Shown piece by piece: positions 28,601 to 37,897 of a stretch of DNA of 57,514 nt (positions are counted from its first letter, which is position 1; the number at the start of each line of letters is the position of its first letter). The notes under the pieces are model-generated. The model had not been told where the DNA came from. It did not search any database and saw only the letters and a list, made by a program, of their open reading frames with translations. Origin of the DNA: Phoronis australis. Its lineage: Eukaryota; Animalia; Phoronida. Location: the NCBI GenBank assembly GCA_002633005.1, contig NMRA01000111.1, positions 920,938 through 978,451 on the forward strand, read 5' to 3'. Both the position numbers and the translations under genes were made by a program.

Positions 28601-29039
28601 ATATCTCTGGGGCACTTGAAGCAACTTCGAATTATGTGTGGTGTAATTTACGTTGCACTTAATTACTTTCCGTAGTATGTAAGAAACATAAACAATATTT
28701 TATTAAAAAATACTTGCATTTCTGGTGTCATAAGAGTGTTTTAGTGGCTGGAGGCTATCTTTAAGTACTGTGTGCATGCGATATAAATTGAATGGTTTTG
28801 TTTCTTTCTTTGCAGATGACTCCCATGCCAAGAGAGAACAAGCACGAAAGTTTGTCAGTAGTATTCGGTACTGGATAAATTGGGTTTTCATGGCAGGTTT
28901 ATCCACCAAGCGTCCTCTCTTGGAGAGGGAGCAGATTGTGGATATTCTGTTTCAAAGGATTGAGGATAATGTTGCTGATTCGCCCGACGATCACGCCTTT
29001 AATTTTGTACTGGGGTTAGTGCATTTTAAGAAAGTGTAA
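4507..29039 (+). CDS. SABATH/Methyltransf_7-family SAM-dependent small-molecule methyltransferase, 8 coding exons, 385 aa
   Basis: Exons 4507-4651, 12038-12133, 12603-12701, 14203-14353, 16650-16780, 20381-20517, 26542-26716 and 28816-29039 all have GT..AG boundaries and compatible phases (1,1,1,2,1,0,1). They sum to 1158 nt with no internal stop. Motifs appear in SABATH order: FTIGDYATGDGNSS (SAM motif I), VLYEDLPMNDY, TNFHEVCIAPETLDLGFS, AAQEWESMLVNRAVELKKGGHFV, YVRTEEEFRAPF. Confidence 0.88.
5007..5650 (-). repeat. Gypsy 3' LTR (644 bp)
   Basis: Termini TGTAAC...GTTACA. Polypurine tract AGGGGGAG abuts the LTR on the minus strand (forward ctccccct, 5651-5658). Minus-strand TATAAA (~5195) and AATAAA (~5110) are in the correct order. 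Confidence 0.85.
6013..6375 (-). CDS. Gypsy-internal ORF with two C2H2-type zinc fingers
   Basis: YKCAECDMTFTKFYMLKRHEKTC and CSHCMRRFSARHARRKHRRKTGH, located between the integrase and the PPT/LTR. Confidence 0.6.
   Translation of the reverse strand: MEQLVGKSEEAISQSRPVYKCAECDMTFTKFYMLKRHEKTCSPLIKLICCSHCMRRFSARHARRKHRRKTGHDGTTEILVHNRKRAKAVVAAERRQEVHARRDVPQPFPEVTVARDETVR
6661..7487. mobile_element. Non-autonomous Tc1/mariner(pogo)-type DNA transposon nested in the Gypsy element
   Basis: About 26-bp TIRs: cacatagtgtacctaattatcggacg and cgtccgataattaggtcacttgactg. Flanked by TA at 6659-60 and 7488-89. No transposase. Confidence 0.85.
7490..9411 (-). pseudogene. pol: Frameshifted Gypsy pol (RT-RNaseH-integrase-GPY/F)
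   Basis: CVDYRKLNAVTRKDAYP, LDMASGYWQV, MPFGLANAP, YIDDIL; DASAFGISGILSQ; HD...GH..C..C zinc finger; DILGP, HSDQGREF, VERFNRT; GWVGPY. Split over ORFs 8969..9436, 8169..8960 and 7717..8307. Confidence 0.93.
9412..11675. repeat. Composite non-coding repeat with internal direct duplications
   Basis: GAT/GAC-rich units at 9530-9790 recur at 11380-11672, and block 10050-10600 recurs at 10795-11345. Several GCCATCTT/AAAATGGC motifs. The repeat truncates the Gypsy RT. Confidence 0.7.
10610..10792 (+). mobile_element. L1/Tx1-like LINE ORF2 fragment
   Basis: Translates as IKKSMAVASYEDDGLKVPDI, then RVKRL...WKFDPQYILNSCGGELL. This resembles the post-RT GGLxxPD...WxxRL...W region of L1/Tx1. Confidence 0.5.
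12038..12133 (+). CDS. Methyltransferase exon 2 (DEVPCDGGSTFTIGDYATGDGNSSMGIFREIV)
   Basis: Acceptor ttttgttttttcaAG, donor GTAGGT, contains SAM-binding motif I. Confidence 0.87.
12603..12701 (+). CDS. Methyltransferase exon 3 (GTLRSRYGDELPIQVLYEDLPMNDYKSLVRRLT)
   Basis: Acceptor ctttctattaAG, donor GTAAGT, contains the DLPxND motif. Confidence 0.9.
12990..13600 (-). mobile_element. Possible highly degraded LINE (L1/Tx1) ORF2 3' fragment
   Basis: Broken minus-strand frames give PIFHxNLLLVW and CVF...EPVHMLL, weakly like the LINE C-terminal cysteine-rich region. Confidence 0.3.
14203..14353 (+). CDS. Methyltransferase exon 4 (GTLPNADPSYIKEF...SSMQYLCT)
   Basis: Acceptor ttttacAG, donor GTAAGT. 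Lies within ORF 14157..14357. Confidence 0.88.
14456..16228 (+). mobile_element. Helentron/DINE-1-like non-autonomous element, complete copy 1
   Basis: 5' subTIR ttatgcgcccac with nearby inverted copy gtggacgcat, (GTCC)n microsatellite, and ~150-bp tandem core. 3' end has subTIR gtgggcgcat plus hairpin caacgc-tcc-gtgttg. T-rich flanks. Confidence 0.8.
16650..16780 (+). CDS. Methyltransferase exon 5 (PCKITGGTHST...AAQEWESMLVNRAVELKK)
   Basis: Acceptor ttcctAG, donor GTGATT. Equivalent to the family's QAxxDWxxFLxxRAxEL motif. Confidence 0.87.
17083..17880 (+). mobile_element. Helentron/DINE-like element copy 2 (3'-truncated)
   Basis: Same 5' end (ttatgcgcccac...gcattatgccgtcatctccgtccgtc) and same core monomers as copy 1. 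Confidence 0.78.
17935..19240 (+). mobile_element. Helentron/DINE-like element copy 3
   Basis: Same 5' end and core monomers. The 3' terminal hairpin is absent. Confidence 0.78.
20381..20517 (+). CDS. Methyltransferase exon 6 (GGHFVIEAMG...WKKMELEGLINE)
   Basis: Acceptor ttttgtttttgttatAG, donor GTAGGC. Overlaps ORF 20404..20601. Confidence 0.87.
20740..21005. repeat. Short tandem-unit repeat (three ~75-bp units), with an inverted partial copy at ~26355-26410
   Basis: cacctggtRgtca.a..gt.aaactatcc.a..a.agagt...ggttagttgg recurs. tgtcagaatcttacatggatgtcaa...gttaggtgtacac matches the reverse complement of 26362-26408. Confidence 0.6.
21285..22510 (+). mobile_element. 5'-truncated Penelope-like retroelement with inverted 5' pLTR fragment
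   Basis: Degraded RT C-terminus (YRRNVDDTF, HPSINFTSE, PFLDV, VYRK) followed by a GIY-YIG endonuclease (C..C..FYTGLT.R.L..RLKEH). 21285-21380 is the reverse complement of 22415-22510. Confidence 0.88.
22426..22474 (+). ncRNA. Minimal type I hammerhead ribozyme motif in the Penelope pLTR
   Basis: CUGAAGA (22433), stem II GUCUA/UAGAC, GAAA (22456), and palindromic AACGUU. Confidence 0.65.
22510..24203 (+). mobile_element. Helentron/DINE-like element, complete copy 4
   Basis: 5' subTIR and inverted repeat, (GTCC)n, core monomers, and 3' end gtaggcacatttcaacgctccgcgttgctcttgtttt. Confidence 0.8.
24237..25738. mobile_element. Non-autonomous Tc1/mariner(pogo/Tigger)-type DNA transposon
   Basis: TIRs ccgttttcgctttaataagcgccc and gggcgcttaatagggcaaatatgg, with TA duplication. 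Removing it restores the host repeat exactly. Confidence 0.85.
25097..25344. mobile_element. MITE with 5-bp TSD (TTAAT) nested in the mariner-type element
   Basis: TIRs cttgcgcgcacc and ggtgcgcacatg, flanked by ttaat on both sides. Confidence 0.7.
26542..26716 (+). CDS. Methyltransferase exon 7 (EEFLNTNNLHYVRTEEEFRAPFEDP...)
   Basis: Acceptor cgttttAG, donor GTAAGA. Overlaps ORF 26551..26745. Confidence 0.9.
28816..29039 (+). CDS. Methyltransferase terminal exon 8 (DDSHAKREQARKFVSSIRYW...HFKKV*)
   Basis: Acceptor tttctttctttgcAG, TAA at 29037-29039. Confidence 0.88.
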
Positions 29040-29614
29040 TGCATGTCAATCAATCCTGCGTTCAAACAAATTCCTATCATTTTACCTTACGTGATGTTTA
29101 AGACGGGGAAAAACTTGCCAAATTAAAAGCCTTAAAGCCTCAACGCTATCAATTTTAGCTTTAATTGCAACTTATCTTTGTTATCATGTGGATTTTCAAT
29201 GGACTAGTTAAACAAATGCTTACACGCTTCCGGTTCATGTTCTGTTCGCGTAACACATTAATACCAAAACTAACTGAAGAATACACTCAAGGTTGTAACC
29301 TGTATCAATAACTAACTCACATATAGTGACCCATAAGAATAGCAGACTCGACAATACGACCAGATTATGGTCATTCAAGTCTAAGACAGAGGCACAGATA
29401 AAATTTGAATCTAATACTAGAATTTGAAATAAAACTTACTAGAGGTAGCGATGTTGCATCCGTCTCTCACGGACTTCAGCTTGTGACATACCCATTTTTA
29501 TGTCACAGCAGCGTTGCCCTAGTTACGGGGACACTTATAACTTGGTTATTTTTAGCCATCTATTGAGAATTATATGTAACCACTAGGTGCCTCTAGATAC
29601 AGAGAATAAGGTAT

Positions 29615-29752
29615 CTCTCACCTCACTTTATGGATGTTACCTGAGCTGTATGTAGGCACTTGCTGTCCTTTCTAAATATGATCCTGATGATGTCTGATGA
29701 ATAAACGAAACATTGATTGAACATGAACTTTTTTATTTGTGCGGGGATCGTT
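29615..29752 (+). mobile_element. Solo Penelope pLTR with hammerhead motif
   Basis: Near-identical to 22357-22500. CTGATGA at 29684 and GAAAC at 29707. Confidence 0.8.
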
Positions 29753-30510
29753 TGATATAGTATTTGCTTTACGTCAGGTATGAAGTTCACTGAAACAAAA
29801 TGTCAAGTCAATAGTGTCGAGGACTCATTTATTAAGTGTTTGCACATGCTAAGAGGGCGTCATCATGTAGCCAATATTAAATGCAAACGAGCTTACAATG
29901 ACCGCAGCCTCGGAAAACAGTGAATGTGATGTCAGTGTTCACCAATTCAGCTAATATGTACATGAACCCTACAACTGTCTTTGACTGCCCAGGTTATGGA
30001 TGCAAGATTTTCCATACAATTTTGCCCTTAATTTCTCTATTACTGTTGATTTTGTATCACTATGTGATGGGCAATTCCGACATTCAGTTCAATAAAGCTA
30101 AGAACAGTGAAAGCACCATACGGCCAATCATTTGAAAGGAAATATTGAACAGAAGGATAACTTATTTTACGATGTCCGTCATCGTAAATAAGGACTTTTC
30201 GAATTCAACAAAACACTACGTGTAGTTACAAATAATGCAATCTTTGCACTTGAAAACTGTACTGTTTATTAATAATGATTTACTTATACAATCAGATACT
30301 TCGTAACATAAACACACACACAAACACATTCCGATATGCAGAATTGGTTAAACACGACACTTTTCGTTATAGAAAGTCTTTGTTCCGTTTCATTCATATG
30401 TTCGGAATAAAACTACACTCAATGGAACATTGATGAAGTAACTGACCAAGAGACATGATTAAAAATATACGATATTTCGAAACATACTTGTTTAATTCTC
30501 GGTGGAAATA

Positions 30511-31042
30511 AAATGACGCAGTAATGCCACCACAGAGCACAAAATGGAGACATACACAGTGGGACACGGCAGGTGTGGAATACTGCAAAGAATGACAAAT
30601 GAAGAGGGGGTTACAGGAACGTCACACAAACAAGTGTAACGCGACCCTGTTTGCTGCTCTGTCAAAACAGGCTTCTCAAATGCATTTAAAAGGGACTCCA
30701 ATACTTTCAATCGCAGCACATCGTGCTCTACGTACCGAATTAACATGTTTTCCACGATTTCTTGAAGGGTGATTTTACGTTTGTGACATTGCAGAAAATG
30801 ATCTTAGATGCCGCCATTTTGAGAATGCATAAATAACCGACTGGAAAGACTGCAAACCGTTTGACCAATGTAACATTTGTTCATAGGGCATACAAATTCA
30901 TAAACAAAACTACACTGGGCAACGGTGCAGACTTTCGCTTTAGAATTTTTTTTGTCACGACCAAGTTGCAGTATTTTACACCTGCCGCTCACTGTGCATG
31001 TCTCCAGCTTATGCTCTGTGGTGGCATTACTGCGTCATTTTA
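30511..31042 (-). mobile_element. Second Penelope-like remnant (GIY-YIG 3' end) with inverted flanks
   Basis: VYEFVCPMNKCYIGQTVCSLSSRLFMH and LKVLESLLNAFEKPVL on the minus strand. 30511-30588 is the reverse complement of 30965-31042. Confidence 0.75.
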
Positions 31043-32570
31043 TTATGCCCCATATATTTATGTGTGGACGCATTATGCCGTTATCTCCGTCCGTCCGTCC
31101 GTCCTGGCGGCGTCCGTCAGGCGTCCGGCGTCCGTTGCTCTGTCTCCAAAACCCTTTGACATACGTTCAGGAAATTTGGCACATATGTTCCATTCATAAA
31201 TGGGAGGGCATGAGCGAACGTTCGGACGGATCCGACCACCGGTGTGCCCCCTAGTGGCAATTTTAATTTTTTACGCTTACCTTTGTATCTTCAAAAGTCC
31301 TGAAATTTGGTTTGTAGGCACCTATTAGTGAGATGACGCTATCCTTCAGTTTTCGGATGGATTTGACGTAGTTTGCGCCACCTAGTGGCCATTTTTACTG
31401 TTTTTGCGTCCACCTCTCTATCAGCCAAACCGCTCTAAGGATGATTGTGAAAATTGGCATGTATGTGCTAACTATGAAGAGGACGGTTGACGATGATTTT
31501 CCAACAATTTCAACTACTGTGGCGCCTCCTAGTGGCAGTTTGTTTTTGCGCCTATGGCTGTATCTCCTAAACCGTTCGCAGGATATTTACGAAATTTGGT
31601 AAGTATATTTATATGATGTTAACAACGGACGACGACGACTTTTTGACGGATCCGACAACCGGTGTGAACCCTAGTAGCAATTTTATTTTTTTACGTTTAC
31701 TTCTGTATCTTCAAAAGTCAACGGATTTTCATGAAATTTAATATGTAGATACCTATTAGTGAGATGACGCTATTCTTCTGTTTTCGGATGGATTCCACGT
31801 AGTTTGCGCCACCTAGTGGCCATTTTTATTGTTTTCGAGTCTGTTTTTGCGTCCACCCCTCTATCAAACAAATCGCTCAAAGCCGGATGATTGTGAAAGT
31901 TGGCATGTATGTGCTTACTATAAAGAGGACGGTTGACGATGATTTTCCGACGACTGATTTCGACGACTGTGGTACCTCCTAGTGGCAGTTTTGTTTTTTG
32001 TTGCGCCTATGGTTGTATCTCCTAAACCGTTCGCAGGATCTTTACTTAATTTAGCATGTGTATTTATATGATGTTGACTACGGATGACGACGACTTTCAA
32101 ACAGATCTGACTACTGCTGTGCCCCCTAGTGGCAATTTTAGTTTTTTACGTTTAACTCAGTATCTTCAAAGGTCCTCATTAATGTAGGCATCTTTTGGTG
32201 TGATGACGCTATATTCCTTTTTTGGATGGAATCGAGGTATTTTGCACCACCTAGTGGCCGTTTTTGCTGTTTTCAAATCTTGTTTTTGGCGTCCACCCCT
32301 GTATCAACCAAATCATTTAAAAATTGCCATATATGTTTTTAGTGTGAAGACGACCTTTGATGATGGTGACTGACAACTGTTGCGCCTCCTAGTAGTAGTT
32401 TTGTTTTGCGCTCATAGTTGTATCTCTTAAACCCATTGCAGGATCTTAAAGTGTACTATTTATATGAAGATAACAACAGACGACGACGACTTTCAGGCGG
32501 ATCCAACGGACACTGTGCCCACTAGTGACAATTTCATTTTTTCTGTTTTCCTTTATTTCTCTGAAAATTA
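31041..32570 (+). mobile_element. Helentron/DINE-like element copy 6
   Basis: Same 5' end, (GTCC)n and core monomers. The 3' end is missing. Confidence 0.78.
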
Positions 32571-33485
32571 CTTTTTAATCATGTCTCTTGGTCAGTTACT
32601 TCATCACTGTTCGATTAAGTGTAGTTTTGTTCTGAACATATGAACGAAACAGAATAAAGACTGTCAACAACGTGTGTTTAATCAACTCTTCATATCGGAA
32701 AACTTGTTCTCGAAGTACAGCCAAACACTTACATTGTGAGTGGTGACTTGGTTCATCCATCGTCACACCATGAGGTCGCTGCTGAGCGAAGGAATTTGAT
32801 AGTAAAATTCTCATCAAATCGGTCATGGGGAATAACTTTATTCCCTCCATGCTAGTTGCCAAGCAGCTTTGTGAAATCAATGACATAACCAATTTCCTTG
32901 TTTAGAAATTCAGTTATCAGTTACTACTTACTTTCGCATTTTGAACACAATAGGCTTATTTCCATTAGTATGTAATGCCTGATGTGTAATGTATTTCAAT
33001 GTCTTAACTGAGTAAGAAATAAGTACTATTTCCATTTAGCCGTAATGCACGGGCATACATGTAAATGCATAATCCATGCACTGTTGATTGAGCACGCATA
33101 ACCAAGAGGGATTTCATTCTCATTGCATCATCAACGGAGTTTCTTATATTGAAACTAGCAAGAAATGCACTACAGTGGCAATTTAGCGAGTGGAGTGTCA
33201 ACACGGCAGTCCCTACCCTCAAGCCTAGGTAAGCGATTGACGTGTGCATCCCCAAAATAAAACTTCAACTATATACAACAGTATTGTACATTCTGACATT
33301 GCCATCCACATACATGTACACGTGCAGTGTCACCTGCACAGGTAGTCTACTGGCACACCTCGGGTATTTTCGTAGCCTCAAATTATGCTTTAGAGATGTA
33401 TCAGCAAGTCATGTGACGCTCAAAATGGACTATGACATCGAATGTGCTGGAAAACCTGTAATAAGAGGCTTACACAGGAGTTAAC

Positions 33486-33542
33486 AGTATTACAGAAGGC
33501 ATGCAGTATTACAGAAGGCAGGCAGTATTACAGAAGGCAGGC
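33486..33542. repeat. 19-bp tandem repeat, three copies
   Basis: cagtattacagaaggcaKg repeated three times. Confidence 0.9.
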
Positions 33543-34882
33543 GTAAGGATAAAAATGATGCCGCTTACAACTTATGAGACCTGTTGGGCTAAATCCATGA
33601 ATTAAAGCCTCTCTAAGCAATCTATTAGCTGAAGTTCGCACATATGGAGATATGAAACATCCCCTGGGGATAATTTGAGGCTACAAAAATTCCCAAGATG
33701 TTCCGGATAATGCTAGCTCTCAGGCAGAGAAAGAGGTAACATCACCCCCCCCCCCATGCGCAAACATCTTGCCGTGAACTATGTGACTGAATAAATAATC
33801 ATCAGCAGTGTTTAGGTTAAATAACCCATAAGTTGTATAATAGTGTATCATTTAACTTACATAATACTTTATTCACAATATAACATCAAATAGCTTATAA
33901 ATCATATCAATGTGTATAATGAAGATAAGTTTCTACAAGTGACGCTTCCCAAATTACATACCATTGCATTTCATAAACAGTTTATTATTGATACATCATT
34001 GTAATTTAGTAGCACTAGAGCATTTGGAAGAAAAGTCTATGATTTGGCAGACAAATACAGAAAATCAAGCATAGACAAGACCGTCACAAAAGCTTTAGGC
34101 CAGGTAAAAAATAAACATGTTTATCGTAGGATTCATCTTGGGGGTGCATTTTTTATTTACTGATGTCAAAGACAGTTCGTGTCACAGACCCTCACGGCAA
34201 AATCTGCCTTATTATATGGGCCTGAAAGACTTATTATCATATCAAATACTTGGACATTAGCCTCGTTGCAAGCTAACAAGTTCCTGAAGTGTCATTTGAA
34301 ATAATAAAAAAATAAAATACAGTTGTCATGAAGCAGTTTCCCAATTCAAGGTTCGAGTACCTTGCAGCCCAGTGAATACTTTACAAGCCATGTCTTACAA
34401 ATGTAGCACGTGATCACACTAGCTTCCATAGTGAGGTTTTTGTGCCTACATGACTCGCAGTTCTTGAATGTGCCTAGAGGGCACGCCATCTGGTGATTGA
34501 TAAATTTTCGTAGTCTGTCCGGGTACTTTCAGGTTCTGCAAATCCGTTTCACTGAATTACAAACATTGTTGACATATTAGATAAAAAATGGGCACTGAAC
34601 ATTTTTAGGAATGGGTTGGGATGATAAGCACATTTACTTTTTTTAGGTGACCTTACCGCGATTTTATGATTTAAAAATATTATCTGCAAGTCATGTGAAG
34701 GAGCATGATTATGTTTTCCAGTCACCATTTCAGATGCACAATGTTCACAATTGCCCAAATTAAGCCTCTTTCGTTTGCCACATGCAAATTACGGTCCTCT
34801 TTGTCTCAAATGAAATGTTCATTTCCCATACAGCCAATCAACAAATTGCACATAAAAGACATCCTCCCCATAAACGCGCGCG

Positions 34883-35841
34883 TCAAAGTATTACACAACA
34901 TCGACAATATCGCTGTCGTCCACCACCAACCGAGGGGGGGAGGAGTGACTGGTGCAAAGTACGCGTGGACTTTGATACTGGGTAAGTGGTTCTGAAACAA
35001 AAAGGAAACCAGTTGAATACTTGCAAAGATACTGAGGAGTCGGTGAACAATGGCATGTTGTTAACTTTGATCAGAGCAACAAAACAACAAAATCCGTGCG
35101 AGTTTTTGTAATTTTACTATCATTTTATCATTAATGTATGCGATGCATCTACTGAAATCAAGGCTGCTGATTTTACAAGCTAAGTAGCCAACTCCTTCCG
35201 CTTTGATGGTTATAGAGTACTTGAGTATGACTACAGGGGTTCCTATTCCCTGCTGTGTCTGCTTTGGGTGTTTTTTTCCTAATCAAAGATTATGATTCGT
35301 CTCGAAGAATTCTGTTTGAATCTCAATTGCCAGTCCATCAAATTAAAGCTTTGTTAATATAATGACCTGGAGACACCAAAAACTTCATGCTGTCTTCCAA
35401 TCAATGTTTTGCGGAACCCTGCCATTGTTTGTGATGTCAGATCCTGTGATCTTTGAGTTTTGTTAATTTTCTCCCCCCTCCCCACAGCTGACAAGTTTTC
35501 AACAGCTGTGAAGTCATTGTTTGAGGATTGAAAACTGTTTCATTAAATTTAGACCCCACTGAAAAATGATTTTTTTTTCTAAGGTTCAAACTTTAATGGT
35601 ACACCCGCCCCAGTGAACACACAGACCATACCCTTAACCCCCTAATGCCTCTGGTGATTAGCTGACAATCATATAGCTCTATCCTATCCAAGCCTTGACA
35701 GTGCATCAAGTGACCCAGTGAGGCGTCTGTGATTAGTGGGCAGTTGTCTAGCTCCAGGACGGACAGGTGTTCCGTGGCACAGCCACTGGTACCCAAATGA
35801 CAGATTCCTTCATCCGTTATCAGCTTACAGTTAGATAAGCT
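34883..35841 (-). pseudogene. FBXL20: Last two exons of an FBXL2/FBXL20-type F-box/LRR gene, probably a decaying partial duplicate
   Basis: Exon 35841-35632 encodes SLSNCKLITDEGICHL...LELDNCPLITDASL...IELYDCQLITRGIRGLR. Exon 34991-34883 encodes NHLPSIKVHAYFAPVTPPP, then after a +1 shift in a G7 run SVGGGRQRYCRCCVIL* (CAAX). No upstream exons were found. Confidence 0.8.
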
Positions 35842-37897
35842 CTGGACTGCAGACACAGAAAAGATAATATGCCATTTTAATAAAGCCATGTCTTGGATAG
35901 CAACAATGATGTTTTGGCACGTTGACATTGTTGAACAATGAACCTGTTGGAAACATTATCAAATTCTGAAATTTTACGCAGCACAGACCAGTAGTATTGA
36001 AGTTAAAATTTGAGAGAAAATGGGCATTCTTCGGGTCCAAAATCCTTCATCCATCCTTAATCTTTTCATGTCTGTATAGGTATGTTAATGAAGAAAAATG
36101 TTGTAAATTACTCTTACAGTCAGATTGCAAATAAACTATTTTGAGTCACGGGAACATGAAGGAGACAAATGTAATCTTAATTCATACATAGTTCAACAGT
36201 TACTTTACATACTGCAAATAACAGACAGACGAAATAACTCAGAATCCCCCCCCCATCATGACAGCTGAGCAAAAATTCCTAGTCATGATGCTTGATTGCA
36301 ATAAGAATTCATTGTCACCATAGACTATAATCTATGCTGTCACACAGTATCTAGAATGACCTACCATGATGCGGGAACGGTATTTTGTCTGATTTCTTTT
36401 GTTGTGTGCTTTATCATAGTTAACTTCAGTCTAAACTGTGCCCAGTTCTTTGTGACCACATGAATGCATTTTTTTCTCAAAAAATTATGATTTTTCACAA
36501 TGATCTTCAACATATTTTTGTACAAAGCTTTCAAATTCTATTTCTGCATTTTATTAGCTACAATATGTGCCTGGAAATTTTTTAAGGCCTATTAGCCCAA
36601 GAGCTCAGCAGTCAAAACTCTAAGACTTTATTTTTTAAGGAATCCAATGTTTATCGTGATGTGACATAAGTCAAAACTAGTTAGGGCTTTTTTACCTCCC
36701 ACAAGAATAACAAATGGGACAGGTCAAGTTTGACGGCGATTATGCAGAAATATTTGGGTGATTGCCACAAATGGTATTCCACAGTTACTTGAAGTTGTTT
36801 TAAGTAAAAAAGTCCAGCCATTAGGCTTCTGCTGTGTTGGTACAGCACCAAAAATTCTTGTCACTTCGTTGTGCAGGCTGATTTTTTTGCTGCAAATATA
36901 GGTATCTTTCACACTAATGGAAATTGTACATATCTGTTTGGTAATGACATCTTTTACGCTTTATTTTTGGAATTTAGAGGGTAACGGCTTTTGGTTTCTT
37001 GTCTATGTTCTGTAGAAAAGGCAGTTGCAAATATGTAACTGTGTAGACAAACACAGCAAAATTGCATTTTTGCTGTGTTCAGTCCCAACGAGTTAGTGTG
37101 AATTCTGTAAGTTGTGTTTTTAGAAGTCTAGAGGAAGAGCGGGCAGTATTTGACTGAATTAAAATAGTAATATGTGAAGTATATGACAAAAGTTCTGTCT
37201 TAAGTTACTTTTCATAAAACACATCACTGTTATAATGCTTTCTAGCTCTTTCTGGACTTAACCCCAATTATTGTATATGATATTTTTCATAGTCAACATT
37301 TTTAAATCTTTTGAAAATGTACTCAATGAGTAAACTGGCCAAACAGTTTATTCAGGCACATGTAATTTTTGGAATGCTGCATCACATTTCGCGGTTCAAC
37401 TTTTAAATTGAATTTATTTTATCTAAAAATTATTTTAATGCGTCCATAGAACTAAGAACAAAAGTTTACGCTGTTCCGTACTTTTGTGCAGTCCCAAACT
37501 TATGTTCATTCCAACTGTTTATGACAAAGGAGTCCCTTGGAATTGAATTACCCTCAAGCCATTTACAATAAAAATGCAAAAAGGTGACAAAAATGAAGAT
37601 TTTACAATTACACAGTGCAGATAAGTGACTGAATATTGTGACATGGAAATTCAGAATCAGCTATGTGCAAATTTTGATTATTTATTTTTCAAACAAAATA
37701 GGAGTCATTCATTCAATAAGACATGTCTGAGACAAATTTCTTAACGGTAAGTGATCTAGAACAAACTTTGGTACATTGAGATGTTGGTAGGCAGGGTTAT
37801 AACCACTTTAAACCACAGATTACAACAGTACTTACCAGCTTACATAACACAGGACAGTGCAAACCAAGGTGTCCCAGAGTGCCATCTGTTATCTAAA

